A stretch of 64,000 nucleotides of DNA from the human T2T-CHM13v2.0 reference genome, Homo sapiens, in assembly GCF_009914755.1 (NCBI RefSeq), contig NC_060938.1; one strand, 5' to 3'. Positions within the stretch are counted from its first letter, which is position 1; every line of letters begins with the position of its first letter. This document shows, piece by piece, positions 41,891 to 57,283 of the stretch. The notes under the pieces are model-generated. The model made no database searches. It was not told the DNA's origin and saw only the letters and a program-made list of their open reading frames with translations. The position numbers were made by a program, and so were the translations under genes.

Positions 41891-44053
41891 ATGGAAATAT
41901 ATTTTAAAATAATGTCCAATTTAAAACTAACAAACAAAGCAACTCATGTAGACAACTCTGGTTAATTTGGGCAGACTCTTGCCTGTAAGTCTTAATTAGG
42001 AAATACTTAAGGAGACATGGTCTATAAAAGCAGAAGTGTGTGTATGGAGAAGTGATGTCTACTCAGTCAGAAGAAAGTGCTCCCCTGAGATTTACAGAGC
42101 CTATTTGTACCATGAAGACCCAAAGTCTACTTTTTTCTCATTTAGGGCATTTTTGGTACAGAATTATCTAATCACTTCAAGATGCCACTTGGCACAGCCA
42201 ATAAATCCAGCTCTCTTTCTTCAGGGGGTTAAGTGGTAGCTCATAATTTTTTTTTGCAATTATTTTTCTATTAGCAACTTTCAGTAAATACTTTTGTAAT
42301 TGCCCATGAGTTGTCAAGCACTCATGAGATGAAGTTCCAACTCTACAGATGAAAGCCCTGTTTTTGAATCAAGCACTTCATGAGTAAGGATTTCACAAAG
42401 CTGCAAAATCTGCTCTTGAGAACCCCTGACAACTAAATATTCCATGGCTTCCACTGATAATCATGCTGTCAGTTAAGTATTTTGCTTTTTTTAAACAGCT
42501 GGGTATATTTTTTTCTCTATGAAATTCTGTGAAGAGAGTTTGATGTAGCAAATTTTTTTTTTTAAAAGGCTTGTCATATACCAGGAGGTATCAACAATCA
42601 CCAAGCTCTCGTGCATTAACTACCTGTTTCACCTCCATTGAGGATATGTCTCAGGTCAATAATTGGATCTATGGTGAGTTATACCAGCTGCATTTTTGGA
42701 TTCATTTTTATATTTAACCCAAATATATGCTTAAACATTTTTGGTCATTTTTAACAATCATAAAAAGCAACATTCTGAATCATAAAGTTATCTTTAATCA
42801 AAAACTAAACTTGGTTCAAATAAAATGTATTTCCATTTTAATCCTTTTCTTAGAAACCTGGCTGTGATAAATACCAAGGAATTCTATGCCAGTTCACAGC
42901 AGTAAGAGTGCAGAAGTGCCAGGTTAGTACAACATGATCATTATGTTATATGACTAGATGTGTGTAAACAGATCCATCAAAATCTGTCTGTCCTTTGGTA
43001 GGTGACAAAATTAGATCAGGAGACCTGGCATCTATCCCAGATGATTTCCTTTTCTTTCTCTATCATAAACTTGATATTGAAGCTTGAATGGATCTTGATT
43101 TTGGACAATTAAAAAATGAAATTGTGGGGAGAAGGAAAATCTTTCAACTTTGAATTCAGACAGATCCAACAGTGAACCAAAAAAACACTTACAATTTTGC
43201 CTATTATAACTTGCATTTTTAACATCTAATGGGCACTTAAAATTCATGAATTTAAATTTGTCATTTTGACTAATGGAAGGCCAGAGCAGAACTGCTGTTT
43301 TTGAGTACATCACATGAGTGGCAACCTAGATTTGCACAACACAATGCTACTGCCCCAAAGCTCACGTCTCTCACATTTTATCAATGTGTTGAGGGATACC
43401 TTGGAGTCATGGGTTTTTAGGATGGTATGCAAGTTGACACCCTTTTGGCTGGTGAATATGCCATGCTTGCCACCCAGCAACTACATCTCAATTGACTTGT
43501 TATATATGCAGACAATATATTCGTAGATTATAAAAGTAAATCTACAGAGAAATCTGAAGCTGATTATAGTAGTGATGGAAGAGAAGATAAAGTTAATAAG
43601 CTGGAGGAAAAAAATGTAAAAATCAATTTTTCAGGTGTGTGAAAATCTCAGTTTTATGCCTATCAAATGTCAGGAACTTCAGAACATAAAATTGCAGCAT
43701 GTCATTCCCTTTATTATCTAAGAAGGTAATCAGTCCATTAGTAAACATATCTTCAACAACTATTTTTTGTTTTAGCATGATTCTTGAGGCTTAAGACAAG
43801 TGAAAGAATGACCAGAGATGATATCAATCATCAGTTCTTCAAACCTTTTTGAGAAGACAAAAGGAGCCTAGAGGAGACAGGAACAGTAACAGTGTTGTTA
43901 TAAAAGCCTGTCTAGAAAAAAAAGAGCACTGATTGGGAGTCAGGAGAAGCAAATTTAAGTTCCAGCTCTTACAATAATTTTTCTCCACTACCTTCCAGAA
44001 GCTGATGTGCCCAAGAACTGAGCCCAAGTCTTAGCACAAGATCTTCATCCATC

Positions 44054-44182
44054 AAATAACTGTAATTTATCACCCAGACTGAGACATTTCTGAGAGTGAA
44101 AGGGAGCTTCATGAGTAATTATTCCAGAACAACTGGAGTATATTGGGACTGTCTTAGACAAACTAAAAGGCAAAGTCATTCT
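44054..44182. mobile_element. MER94 (hAT-Blackjack) MITE
   Basis: taatttatcacccagactgagacatttctgagagtgaaaggg...gggactgtc. Confidence 0.72.
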
Positions 44183-45815
44183 ACTGCCATTCTACTCCCA
44201 AACTTCTAGACTCTGGCTGATTCTCTCCACAGACCTCTTCCCAATGAAAATATCCTCCTCTTTGTAGCATATTTGTACTTCTACTGAATGATAAATGATT
44301 ATATGCATTCCTTGTTTTTATGTAAGAAAATACAGTTTCCTGATATTGTTTGAGAATTTTAGAAATTATGTCCTCATTTTGGTATTTTAATCCATTAATG
44401 GGAAATTTCAGACTGGAAGAAAGAAAACCAGTAACCCTAGGGAGATATTTTTATCTAGACCAGTACTTTTGGTCACTTTCAAGTCTCCTGCCTAGGCAGC
44501 TGTCTGATCAGCCCATTTAAAATAATCACTGAGATAAGTACTAATAAAATGAATTCAAGAAAATTGCTTTTTAGATGTTAAGTTGATAAGAATATATGCC
44601 TATTAATAAGTACCTGTGTGCTTACTCTGCACAGGGTTATGGTATGTACAATTTGTGCACATGGCATATATATGATCAATGAAAACATGAAACTTGTTTT
44701 AACAAAATCAGTAACAGGGAGTAACATACGCCAAATGTGTGTTGGAGAAAACAAGAACCACGGGACCCAGAAAAGGAGAGAAATTGAATTTGACATGTAC
44801 CAGGAAGGTGGATGGAGCTTATATGCGTGGTGTGTATGTAGGGCAGCTGGCGGGTGGCGGGTGGGGGGTAGGTTCGGAGCATGCTGGCGGGAGGACAACC
44901 AGATTGTCTTTTAGTCTGCCAATGGTGACATAAAAAAATTCTGCTCTTTAAATTTGGCTGACCAAATTCTATAAGATTTGAATCACATTTTCCCATCAGA
45001 AACTAATTCACATCACACCGAACTGTGAAAGTTCAATCTGCAAGACAGATTTGATTTAACAGTCCATGCATTCCACTTGTGTGTGTGACGTTATTGAAGT
45101 AGGTGTGCTCTAAAGGCATTTTGTAGAAATGCCTTTGTCTAAACGGTGCTTAGGCACAACACGAGTGGCCTTGATGATGTACTTTACGCTAAGGTAAATG
45201 TGTAGAGAAGCCTCACGTGTGAATGCGTCGTAAATCCACAGCAGACTGCAGATTTATGGATATCGTTATTCCGTTGTACAGACGGCACCTCCATTGAATT
45301 TAATGAGCTGAACTAGGTGAAAAGTTCATTCTAATCTCCTGGTGCCTGGAACTCAAGCACTCCCTGAAATCACAGAACATATGCCTTCTCTTGTTTTAAA
45401 AACTGAAGGTGACTTTCTGATAAACAAGTCTCTCTTGAGGGTAATGACATAGGAAGTTATTTTGAAGACGATTCCTTCAGTGTCTTGACTGAATATTAAC
45501 CTACAACAGCTACCTGTTGCAAAGCTGAGAGGTGATTTGTCAAATTTAAGATCGATGGCAGATTTGCTTTAATTGATTTTTGTTCCCTAGAGTGAGTTTA
45601 CTACTTTGAGAATGGCTTAGATTCTCTCACCTATGTTTCCTTTGCTATTCAGAATAAGCATTAGCAAGTGATTTCTCTTCTGCAGTCTTTTACATGGTAA
45701 TTCTGAACTAATTCTAACATGTTTATCGTAATTAGGTAAAATGTTTATGAAAGACGTCTACAAAACTAACCTGATGTTCCCTCCATATTTAAAAAACACT
45801 CAACAATGAATTTAG

Positions 45816-46395
<580 letters not shown>

Positions 46396-46549
46396 AGAGA
46401 ATACTTTTGTTGTTGTTATTGTTTGTTCTTGTTTTTTCCACTATCCTCCGCTAGAATAGAACTTTTAAGGTCTCTGATGGAAGCTTTGCATTCTCACAGT
46501 GCTGCATTCACACATGGGAAGCACATCAGTGAAGTGAAACAATGGGTGT

Positions 46550-46715
46550 ATCTCAGTGGGGAGGCTCCTGGCATTTTGTGGGTGTGGGGGACATTTTGTG
46601 TGTATGTGCAAGTCTGTCTACCTTATTAAAGGACTTTTACAATCACTGGACCCTACACTGTAAATGCCAGGATCACACTCCAGTTACTGCAACCACCAAA
46701 AACATCCCAACACAG
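46550..46715. mobile_element. Old hAT-Charlie-like MITE
   Basis: tggcattttg...taaatgccag...caaccaccaaaaacatccc. Confidence 0.45.
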
Positions 46716-48227
46716 CTATCTAGCAACTCTTAAGGTATAACTCATTGCAGATGGTAAAAGGGCAGCTGCTACCTAGATGTAAGTAATTTCTAACTTGAAC
46801 AGTTTATGTTTTCAAAGATGACTTTGTTAAGTCAAAATGTAGAACACATCACTCTATATGTAACGCAGAATATAAATGGCGACTATGTCTCCAGGCTGGT
46901 GACACCTGCCTGGCTTCCATGACCCCTATTCACAATCCCTACTTCAAGTTCTCAGACTAAGACAACTTAATTCCAATCTTTCAATCTCTTTCCCTCTTCC
47001 TAAAATAGGCTCTTCTTAAAGTCTCTTTGATTCAGGAGAATTTACGGAGCCATATTTCAGGAGTATATTGATTTCAGATCAGAGTTTTGCTTGATCAGAA
47101 CTTGTTGTGGCTCTCACCGTATCCCCAGTGAGCTGGTTCTTTTCTTACATCCCAGTTACTGATGTAGTCTCTATCTGGGTCTCATTTGCTTTATGTCCTG
47201 CTTTACTTCTCTCTTTGCTGCCACTGCCAGACTCCCGGATGGTTGTTCTTCATGTCCCACGGGGCCACTTGTTTGCCGCTTTTGTGGAGCCTTTTTGTTA
47301 TCAACACCTAATGGGGCATCTGATTATTCATTCCTTCCAGGCTGAAGAGGCCATGTCCATCTGCTTATTGCAATTTCTTCCTGAAGATTGTTTTTGGGTG
47401 CTTTATCAATTGTCCACATTGTTCTGGGAGGTAGGTCTCTAGCTCCTGACTCTTTCCTAGGAAGGGCTTGCCTGAGCACCAAGCGTTAACAGCTATCTCA
47501 CTCTACTGCAGACATGACCCAGCCCAAATCAGGAAACTGGATAAAAAACATGGAAACAATGCTGTTGCAGTATGGAAATTAAACGAAACTGGAAACAAAT
47601 CGAATAAGAGTTTCTAAATCTTTAAATCTGATGCATAAAGTAGTCTTAATTAAAGTAAAAGAGGAGATACATGAGAATTTACTTTAAAAATCTGAATTTT
47701 CTGAGCCTTTAAGGCAAGGTCTTTAGAAACTGGTGGCAATGACTTTTTATTATGGTTAATTTCCCTTCAGAACTTGTGAATTTACTGTTCCTTCATATGG
47801 AAATTTTAACACTACTCTTAGGCAGATCAGACATAATTAGGATAATTTTTTGCCACACAAGTGAAATGAAAAGATAGATTTCCCTATCCTTCCTACAAGA
47901 TAATTGGGTAAAAAATGAAATAGTGAGCTAAATGAAGAAAAGTTTTAAAAATAAATGGGTGTGGGTAAGCAAAATGAACAGCTTGATGGGGAGATGGAAA
48001 TAGCAGATAATGCACCTTAATGCACCTTATTATTATTTTGTGGGTAAAATAATTTTGTCTTATTTGTTAAATAAGTCTGTATTTGCGAAATCAAAAGAGA
48101 CAAAAAGATAACTACTGAAAAAAGTGAATCTTCCTCATACCTCTTTAATCCTGCTGACCCAGTTGCTTTCCCTAGGAGAAGAGTGTACATTGTGGATTTA
48201 TTATGTATCTTTCCAGAGATACTATTA

Positions 48228-48318
48228 GTTTGTTTTTATTTCAATAGCTTTTGGGGTACAAGTGTTTTTCAGTTATATGGATGAATTGTACAGTGGTAAA
48301 GGCTGATATTTCAGTGTA
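48228..48318 (-). mobile_element. About 90-bp L1PB 3' tip
   Basis: tttcaatagcttttggggtacaagtg; TSD ccagagata. Confidence 0.8.
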
Positions 48319-48526
48319 CCAGAGATATTCTATGAATAGGCAAGTGTTTGTATGTATACATGCATTAACACACACATACATATCTAAAAATCTGAATTAC
48401 TTGGATAGATTTATGTGCAATTGGCACTGAAGTTGTAGAGGACCCGAAGGCTCTTGTCAAGAAGTTCAGTAAGATGGTTATGTCAGGCTTTATTAAAAAC
48501 CTTTATTATTAGAAACATATTTTCTC

Positions 48527-48835
<309 letters not shown>

Positions 48836-48999
48836 TAGTCTCATCTTTCAGTTGCAGCCATATGCCATCTTTAGTGTGGATAACATCAATAAAATGGTGG
48901 TTTGGTTGACCTTATCCACGTCTACTTGTTCCCTCTGAATGGATGGATGGCTATGATATGGTGCCTTGTGCTGTCCTTGGGCACAAATTTTCTAATATG

Positions 49000-50715
49000 T
49001 CCTGATCTAAAACAGTTTCCATCTATCTTGGAATGCAGTGGTTAACCTGGATTCTTCCTTCCCCATTACCCTGGACATTCTCTTCACTGTTCTGTTTGGT
49101 TGAAGGCATTTTTTCTTACATTTTATATTTTCTTCTTTCTTAGTTTGCCTTCTCATTTTGTTGGAACACATAACTACCAGTTACATTTTGAGAAAGGGTA
49201 TGTGACAAATAAATTTGAGATGTTGTACATCAGTAAATATCGTTAGTTTACTTTTCCACCTGATTGATAGTTTGACATGTATAGAATTCTATGTCGGAAG
49301 TAATTTCCTTTCAGAATTTTGCAGGTATTTCTTCACAACCCTTCAGCTTCCAGATTGCTGGTAAGTCAGAAGCCATTCTGATGCTGCATTTTGGTTTTGC
49401 AGTATATTATCTGTTTTTTGTTTTTTTAATTCCCAGGAGCTTTCAGTATCTTCTCCATGTCCTCAATGTTTTGAAAAGTTCCCACCTATTGTGTTGAGCA
49501 GTTGGTGGCTCCTTTCAACCTGGAAAATCAGGTCTATTAGTCCTGGGAAATTTTCTTAAATTATTTTATTTATGATATCCTCCCACCTGTTATTTTGCAT
49601 TCTGGAACTCTTATTCAAATTAACCTAATATTTGAACATGATACTTTTTGCTTCCTTCTTCAATTTCTTTTTTTTTTTTCTATTTGTTTATCTTTCTACT
49701 TTACTTTCTGGGAGATTTTCTCAAATTTATCTTCTAATCATTCTATTGATTTTAAAAACTTTTCTGTTACCATATTTTTAATTTTCAAGAGCTTTAAAAA
49801 AAGGGAGCATCATACTTCATGGAAGTAGCTTCTCCTCTTATTACTCTGAGGGTAAGTATGGATTATTTTAAGTTTTTCTTTTCTAGTGGCATTATCTCTG
49901 TTTTCTGTAAATTGTTATTTACAGAATAATAATTTGTTTTTGTCTTTATCTGTCTTATTAACTGATTTCCTCAAATGTTCCTTGACCCTTGGTTGTCTGC
50001 TTGGATTAAAAGCGAGAGCCTACAGTGCTCACGGAATGTGGGGCGATTTGAGTTTCACTTAGGATGATTTGGTTTTCTTTCCTTATCTTATTCTCTGAGG
50101 TTATTTAGGTAAAATTTTCAGCTCTTTCTAATGGGGTGAAGCCTGGCTCCCAGAGTTGTGGGACGTTAGGGCCAGGTGGCTAAAGGTCTCAGCACTTAGT
50201 GTAAAGCAATTAATAAGCATTTGATATCTTAATTTCCCTTTTATGTATGGCACCCAATTCTTCAATTATGACTGAGTTATTCCCTGGTTCAGAAACCCTG
50301 TTTTATCCTTCTGAAGGCAAAACTCTACGTTTCTCCTGGTGTTGGGAAAGACGGTCATCTTTCAGCATGCTGTGGGGAAAAGGATCTAACTGCTACACAC
50401 ACAACTATAATTAAATTTTCCTTATGTTAACCTCTTTGTCTTCATTGCTCACTCCTAGTTCTACAGGTAGCTGGAATTTACAGTGTAAATCATCTAATTT
50501 ATCAGCTTTCTTAGCCGTTGGCTTTAGACATCTTTGCCTTGGGTTTGTAAGTCAGTTCCCTCTCATGATCTGCTTTCCATCTTCCAAAATTTTGTTGCTG
50601 TTTCTCCAGGACTTCCCATCTTTGTGGATTTATTTCTTAAAAAAATTCCTTTATTGTAGTTTAATTGTGTTGGATGAGGAAATAAAATATGCATTTTAAT
50701 TACTAAATCACCTGA
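49000..50715 (-). mobile_element. HAL1 (half-L1) element
   Basis: gagaaagggtatgtg...tgattgatagtttgacatgtatagaattcta...cagaattttg matches the HAL1 ORF1-like region; 5'-end motif ttgtggattta...aaattcctttattgt. Confidence 0.72.
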
Positions 50716-50738
50716 ATGTGGGCAGCTCATTAGTGTTA

Positions 50739-50873
50739 TCCTCTGTCAACCAGGCTGGAGGGTAGTGGCAGAATCACAGTTCACTGCAGCCTTGACCACC
50801 TCAGCTAAAGGGATCTTCCCATCTTAGCCTCTTGAGTAGCTAGGATTACAGGTGTGGGCCACCATGCCTGGCT
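50739..50873 (-). mobile_element. Tail-less Alu monomer (FRAM/AluJ right arm)
   Basis: Flanked by a 10-bp direct repeat attagtgtta; no poly(A). Confidence 0.85.
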
Positions 50874-51167
50874 ATTAGTGTTAGTTTGGATGGTGGGTTT
50901 AAATGTGATTTTTTTTTTTTTTTTACATTTTAAAATACTTTTACATTTTTATCTTACTTTTTGTGATTTTAATTTGTGAATTCTATATATTCTGAATTTA
51001 CTACACTTGTTAATATTTTACTTTGGTAAAAACAAAACAAAACAAAATACAAAATACAAGCTCATAGAATTATTTTGAAAATTCTAAACATTTTCTTGCC
51101 CCCAGAGATAGAAGTTACTTGAGGTGAAATAAACAGTTATGTGTAATGAAAGAGTGGAATCACTATT

Positions 51168-51872
51168 CAGTAGCATCCTTTTATCTGCAGGGCATGTGTT
51201 TCAACACGCCCAGTGGATGCCTGGAACTTTGGATAGTACTGGACCCTGCTGCCATAAATTAGAACACATTTCTGTTTATATCTTACCCACAAATTTAATG
51301 TGTTTTCTATCTTAACTAAGCACTTATCATTTACTGTGGCTGTAACTTTTGCAGTTTGAGGCAAGACAGCAAAACTAGCACAAATTTCTTTTTTCTTTAC
51401 AGTTTCATGGATGAAAGATTCATTCTTACTGTAGATCTCAGCAATTTCAGCATAATTTTTTTTTCTTTCTTAAGTAGAACATGTTCCACTTAATGAAAGC
51501 ACTTGACAGCTTCTCTTTGGCATATCTGAATTGCCATTATCACTACTCCTGTGCTGTGGGGTCATTATTAAGTAAAATAGGGTTTACTTGAGCACAAACA
51601 CTGTGATATGCAATAGCAGATCTGATAACCAAGACAGCTACTAAGTTATTAAGCGTGGACAGCATGAATACGCTGGGCAAAGGAAAATTCAGATCCCAAA
51701 CTGGAAGGAGCAGGAAAGAGATTTCATTGCACTACTTAGAATGGCATACAATTTAAAACTTATGAATTGCTTATTTCTGGAATTTTCTATTTGATATTTT
51801 TGGACTGTGGTTGGCTGCAGGTAACTGAAACTGCAGAAAGTGAAACCACCAATAGGCTTGGGGACACTACTG
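51168..51872. mobile_element. MER44C/D (Tigger7-derived) DNA transposon
   Basis: TIRs cagtagcatccttttatc and ggggacactactg followed by TA; 705 bp. Confidence 0.88.
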
Positions 51873-52939
51873 TATGCACTTGATCTCTTAGGAAGAAGGT
51901 GGTTTGGGCAGTCTTTTGTGGCAACCACCAGATGATGCCATTGACCAAGGTCAGCTTGGTTGTGGTTTAGCTTTGAGGGAGGGGGGTGGGGTATTGTTTT
52001 GAGATTCATAAGGATTGAGGAACATCATCTATCAACTTTCCATGTATGGTGTGTATGTAAGTTTGGCACGCTTTCATTCAGTATATTTGGTCTGTCCATT
52101 CTCAGATGTAGAATGAGTTTTGGTGGCAGTTTTTCAGTTGGTGTTTGTTTCAGCTGCTTTGAGATTTTGCCTTGAAGGTCAAGTGATCTAGCTGATTTAA
52201 ATGATGTATTTTATTCAGTGAGAACCCTATTAAATGTATTAAGAGAGCTCACTTTTGATTAGTCATGGAGATAATGAATGAGGAAGAAAAAGCTGATGTA
52301 AATCCACCCACAATCCTAAAGTCTCATTTGTAAAGTCTGGTGTTTTCTTCCTTGATATTTTATGTATTTCTGCTAGGGAAACCAGTTTCTTGAATTGCAT
52401 AATAATTGAAAAATAAAGAAAGTGAAATCAATAAAAACAATGCTACTAGCTGGTGCTAAATGTGACCTGAAGCTGATATCCTTTAGATAAACACGTCAGG
52501 GTTGGGAGCCCAACTCGTAACTATTTTTATAAATACGATTTTTTTAACAAAAAGATTCTTAGAAAAATCTTCTTCTTATTAAAAAAATTACGTTTCAAAA
52601 GGCAGCTCTTGATTTTTGTTTTTACCAGTTTTCATCTGGCTAAACACTGATTTAAATAAATGTAACTAATGGTAATTTTACATAAACCTACAATGGGTCA
52701 TTGGAAGGATTTAATACCTGCATAAATGAAACCATAACTGGGTCTGAGGGTTTCAGGCTCAATTTTATAGAAGCTGATAGTAATGAGCTTTATGTAGAAT
52801 AATGAAGTTCTCTGAATTTCAACAATTTTTTCTTTTCCTTTTTCTTTAATTTTTTCCCCTTGTCATACTTTTTATAGGAGAATGAGCTAATTCAGCTAAT
52901 GAGAAACATATTAGCTAAAAGGACTGGAAAACAGGTTGT

Positions 52940-53266
<327 letters not shown>

Positions 53267-53292
53267 CGAAAGTAGATTGTAAGAGTTAAAGT

Positions 53293-53407
53293 GGTTGGGT
53301 GTGGTGGCTCACACCTGTAAATTCAGCACTTTGGGAGGCCAAGGCGGAAGATTTCTGGAATCCAGGAGTTTGAGTTCAGCTTGGATAACATAGGGAGACC
53401 CCATCTC

Positions 53408-53454
<47 letters not shown>

Positions 53455-53613
53455 GGTGTGGTGGTGCATTCCTGTAGTCTCAGCTACTCAAAAGACTGAG
53501 GCAGGAGGATCACTTGAGCCCAGGAGGTTGAGGCTGCAGTGAGCTGTGGTTACACACTGCACTCCAACCTGGGTGACAGAGCAATACCCTGTCTCAAAAA
53601 AAAAAAAAAAAAA
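53293..53613 (+). mobile_element. AluJ with (AC)22 replacing the middle linker (53409-53452)
   Basis: ggaggatcacttgagcccaggaggttgaggctgcagtgag. Confidence 0.92.
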
Positions 53614-54357
53614 AGAAAACTTTAGGTAGTACTCAGGAACGGATACGACAAAAGGGGTTTAGGAATATACAGACCATACAACATAAAAATGGATTCATAA
53701 ACTAAAATAATTTGAACACAACTGTTCTTATGAAGCTTCTTGAAATTATGATTTTAGGAGTTTATCATTTTTCTTGCTTCACCTTCTCTTTCACATTTAT
53801 AATGGAAATTAAATAGGAATGAAAATCAGTTGGAGGCTAACTGCCCAAATGAATTAGGTTGAAAAGATGAGATAAAGAAATGCTTCCTAAGTATTTCTTC
53901 GTAAGGTTTAAAGGAAATGAGAACCAGAGAGAAGATTGGAAACAATATATTTTGCCTCTGGTATTATTATACAGATTATTTACAAACTATGTAGTTGTGG
54001 TTCAAAATGCAAAATTTTATCTCTGAAAATACTACTACTTGGTAAATATGCTTTATCTACCAAGACTGGAAAATAGAAATGGAAAAGTGAAAATGTAGGT
54101 GCATATGCCAGATATGTACCTGTATAACCTGAGGAAGGAGCAACAGTGGGGCACCCCGATTGATCCTTGAATTTTCTTAACATTTATCTATATATAGTTC
54201 ATGTCTGTGTCATATTCTACTTTCTGGGAGACTATTTAAACTTTATTTTTCAACAATTCTATGGACATATTCATTACTCATATCATATTTTTAATTTTCA
54301 AGAGCCCTTCTTTAATTTATTATAGCATATTCTTCTCACTTCATCTGAAGATATTAA

Positions 54358-54769
<412 letters not shown>

Positions 54770-54779
54770 TTATGAATGC

Positions 54780-54950
54780 TTTTTATCTAAAATCTCATTT
54801 AATCTTTACAACAACCTTATGAAGTAAAAATCTTATTCTATTTTACAGATATGAACATTGAGGTAAAGAAAGATTAATTAGATTGACAATGGTCACACAC
54901 TTAGTAAGTGTTGGAGTCAGGATATGAACCTAGGCTGTCTGTCTCAAACA
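54780..54950 (-). mobile_element. MIR
   Basis: ctcatttaatctttacaacaaccttatga...ttttacagat...ggtcacac. Confidence 0.8.
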
Positions 54951-56067
54951 TCATGTGTCTTGTCTACCCATCCATATTTTAGAGTGGAGCTCTAAACTAC
55001 TGTGAGGAAATTCTGTGCGCATAGCTGGGGCCTCTCAGCTGCCAGACTTCTCTGTAGGGAACAAAGCAAGAACCAGATGATTGCTGATGGACCCTGACAT
55101 GCTGCATCTGGAGATGTTTCCTCAGAGAGAAACCCTCTGTTCCCCTGTGCTGAGAGACTGTGAGTCCAGGGAAGGGGTTGGCATCTTCATCATTCAGTAA
55201 GCAGATGGTTTTCAGCCTGGTGCCTCAGCCCTTCCCTCCACTGTCCCAGATTTTATCAAATTTGGAGCTTCCCTGATTCCATTTTTCTAGAACATAAAAT
55301 ACTCTGCTCCTGTGATGATGGGAGAGGAGATGTCACCTGGCTACATAAAGTAAGAGAGGAGAACTGGTGGTCAAAGTCTTCCTTATCTAGACTTCCTATA
55401 GTCCTGTTTTTCTGCCTTTTTCTGACACCACCTTCAGAAGTGTCTGTGGCTTCCAATTCCTGAGCCTACCCAAGTTCTGTGGTGTGAATTGATGTGTAGT
55501 TTCCTGTTGCTACTGTAACAAATTACTATAAATTTAGTGCCTTAAAACAAGACAAATTTATTATCTCAGAGTTTTCAAGTCCAAAATGAGTTTTAATGGA
55601 GCTAAAATCAAGGTGTTGGCAGGGTTGTGTTCCTTCTGGTGGCTTCTGGATGGAATGTTTTCTTTTTTTTTTTTTAATTAAAAAAATTTCACTAGTTTGT
55701 GGAGGAACAGGTGGTTTTCGGTTACATGGATAAGTTCTTTAGTGATAATTTCTGAGATTGTGGTGCACCCATCACCTGAGCAGTGTACATTGTACCCAAT
55801 GTGTGGTCTTTTATTTCTTCCCCCGGGCCCTCTTCTACCCAGGTCCCCAAAGTCCATTGTATCATCGTTATGCCTTCGTGTCCTCATAGCTTAGCTCCCA
55901 CTTATAGGTGAGAACATACAATATTTGTTTTTCCATTCTGGAGTTACTTTACATAGAATAATGGTCTCCAACTCCATCCAACTTGCTGCAAAAGACATTC
56001 TTTTATTCCTTTTTATGGCTGAGTAATATTTGATTGTGTATATTTACCACATTTTCTTTATCTGCTC

Positions 56068-56392
<325 letters not shown>

Positions 56393-56965
56393 TGATTGAT
56401 GGACATTTAGGATGGTTCCACATTTTTGCCATTGTGAATTGTGCTGCTATAAACATGTGTGTTCAAGTGTCTTTTTCTTATAATGACTTTTTTCCCTCTG
56501 TGTAGATGTCCAGTAGTGGGATTGCTGGATCAAATAGTAGTCCTACTTTTAACTTTTTAAGGAGTCTCCACACTGTATTCCATAGTGGTTGTACTAGTTT
56601 ACATTCCCACCAGCAGTGTAAAAGTGTTCCATTTTCACCACATCCATGCCAACATCTATTATTTTTTGATTTTTAAATCATGGCCATTCTCGCAGAAGTA
56701 AGGTGGCATCTCATCGTGTTTTTTAATTTGCATTTCCCCTAATAATTAGTGATGTTAAGCATTTTTCATAGTTTTTTGGCCATTTGTATATCTTCTTTTG
56801 AGAATTGTCTATTCATGTTCTTAGACCACTTTTTGTATTTCTGTGGTCTCAGTTGTAATATCTCCTTTTTCGTTTCTAATTGAGTTTATTTGGGTCTTTT
56901 CTTTTCTTGGTTAATCTTGCTAACGGTCTGTTGATTTTGTTTATATTTTAAAAGAACTAGTTTTT

Positions 56966-57283
<318 letters not shown>

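Noticed and set aside
47107-47442. 111-aa hydrophobic ORF as a membrane protein
   Set aside because: It starts at GTG, has no recognisable homology, and its hydrophobicity is explained by T-rich DNA. Only the internal 90-nt exon candidate was kept.
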